IMG/VR virus record: IMGVR_UViG_3300048611_000078
Coordinates: 1 to 42,660 of that record
Origin: a virus
Lineage: Duplodnaviria > Caudoviricetes
Length of the DNA stretch: 42,660 nt
Reading direction: 5' to 3' (one strand)
The position numbers and the translations under genes are program-made. Below are positions 42,308 to 42,660 of the stretch, one piece after another. The first letter of the stretch is position 1; each line of letters starts with the position of its first letter. Under the pieces are notes generated by a model, which was not told the DNA's origin, did not search any database, and was given only the letters and a program-made list of their open reading frames with translations.

Positions 42308-42660
42308 ATGCAATTTGAGATTAAAAACAGATGGACAGGGGATATACAGTTTACGGCAGAAATAAGCGCAACCGAGGACATGTTGCCAAGTGTAAAAACT
42401 GGTCTTGCTGTTAAGTGGGCGAGAGAGAACGGTGCCGACCTGTACGATGCCGACCTGCGCGGTGCCAACCTGCGCGGTGCCAACCTGTACGGTGCCAACC
42501 TGCGCGGTGCCGACCTGTACGATGCCGACCTGCGCGGTGCCAACCTGCGCGGTGCCAACCTGTACGGTGCCAACCTGCGCGGTGCCAACCTGTACGGTGC
42601 CAACCTGCGCGGTGCCGACCTGTACGATGCCAACCTGCGCGGTACCAACCTGTGCGATGC
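42308..42660 (+). CDS. Pentapeptide-repeat protein, 5' part (continues across the circular junction into nt 2-385)
   Basis: ATG 42308 after AAGGAG; [15 protein letters not shown]... followed by A(D/N)L(R/Y)(G/D) pentapeptide repeats, open to the contig end. Confidence 0.9.
   Translation, partial: MQFEIKNRWTGDIQFTAEISATEDMLPSVKTGLAVKWARENGADLYDADLRGANLRGANLYGANLRGADLYDADLRGANLRGANLYGANLRGANLYGANLRGADLYDANLRGTNLCD

Noticed and set aside
1-42660. Diversity-generating retroelement, tRNA genes, integrase
   Set aside because: No reverse transcriptase motifs; differences between the 191-bp repeat copies are not adenine-specific; no cloverleaf or recombinase motifs recognised by eye.

Overview
The window appears to be an essentially complete, circular ~42.5 kb tailed-phage genome with a P22-like podovirus virion module. 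The last 126 nt repeat nt 7-132, inside a pentapeptide-repeat gene that spans the contig junction. Layout: (1) rightward early/replication arm, ~41.4 kb across the junction to 11.2 kb, with a Rad52/Sak-like annealing protein, NinB-like, Ref-like, RepB-type primase and SF2 helicase; (2) short leftward accessory block, 11.2-12.8 kb; (3) rightward packaging/virion/lysis arm, 13-37.4 kb, with TerS, TerL, portal, GroES, scaffold, capsid, gp4/gp10-like tail proteins, ejection proteins, tailspike and M15 endolysin; (4) leftward accessory arm, 37.5-41.2 kb. I found no integrase, DNA polymerase, tRNA or CRISPR array. Highlights read from the sequence: (a) two mini-arrays of integron attC-like sites (six full or partial sites) bound four gene cassettes, one a C5 DNA methyltransferase. 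Every ORF is antisense to its attC, the stop codons sit in or beside the R' box, and no integron integrase is present. (b) A helicase intein has a DUF559/Vsr-like endonuclease overprinted in the +1 frame. (c) A GIY-YIG group I intron splits the major capsid gene after codon 9. (d) A highly structured leader RNA with a leader ORF precedes the replication genes. (e) Further oddities: a 191-bp inverted duplication between the early arms, an AT-rich B12-type radical SAM gene among the tail genes, and a tailspike with a signal-peptide-like N-terminus. Product calls rest on motif recognition and synteny only; no searches were run.
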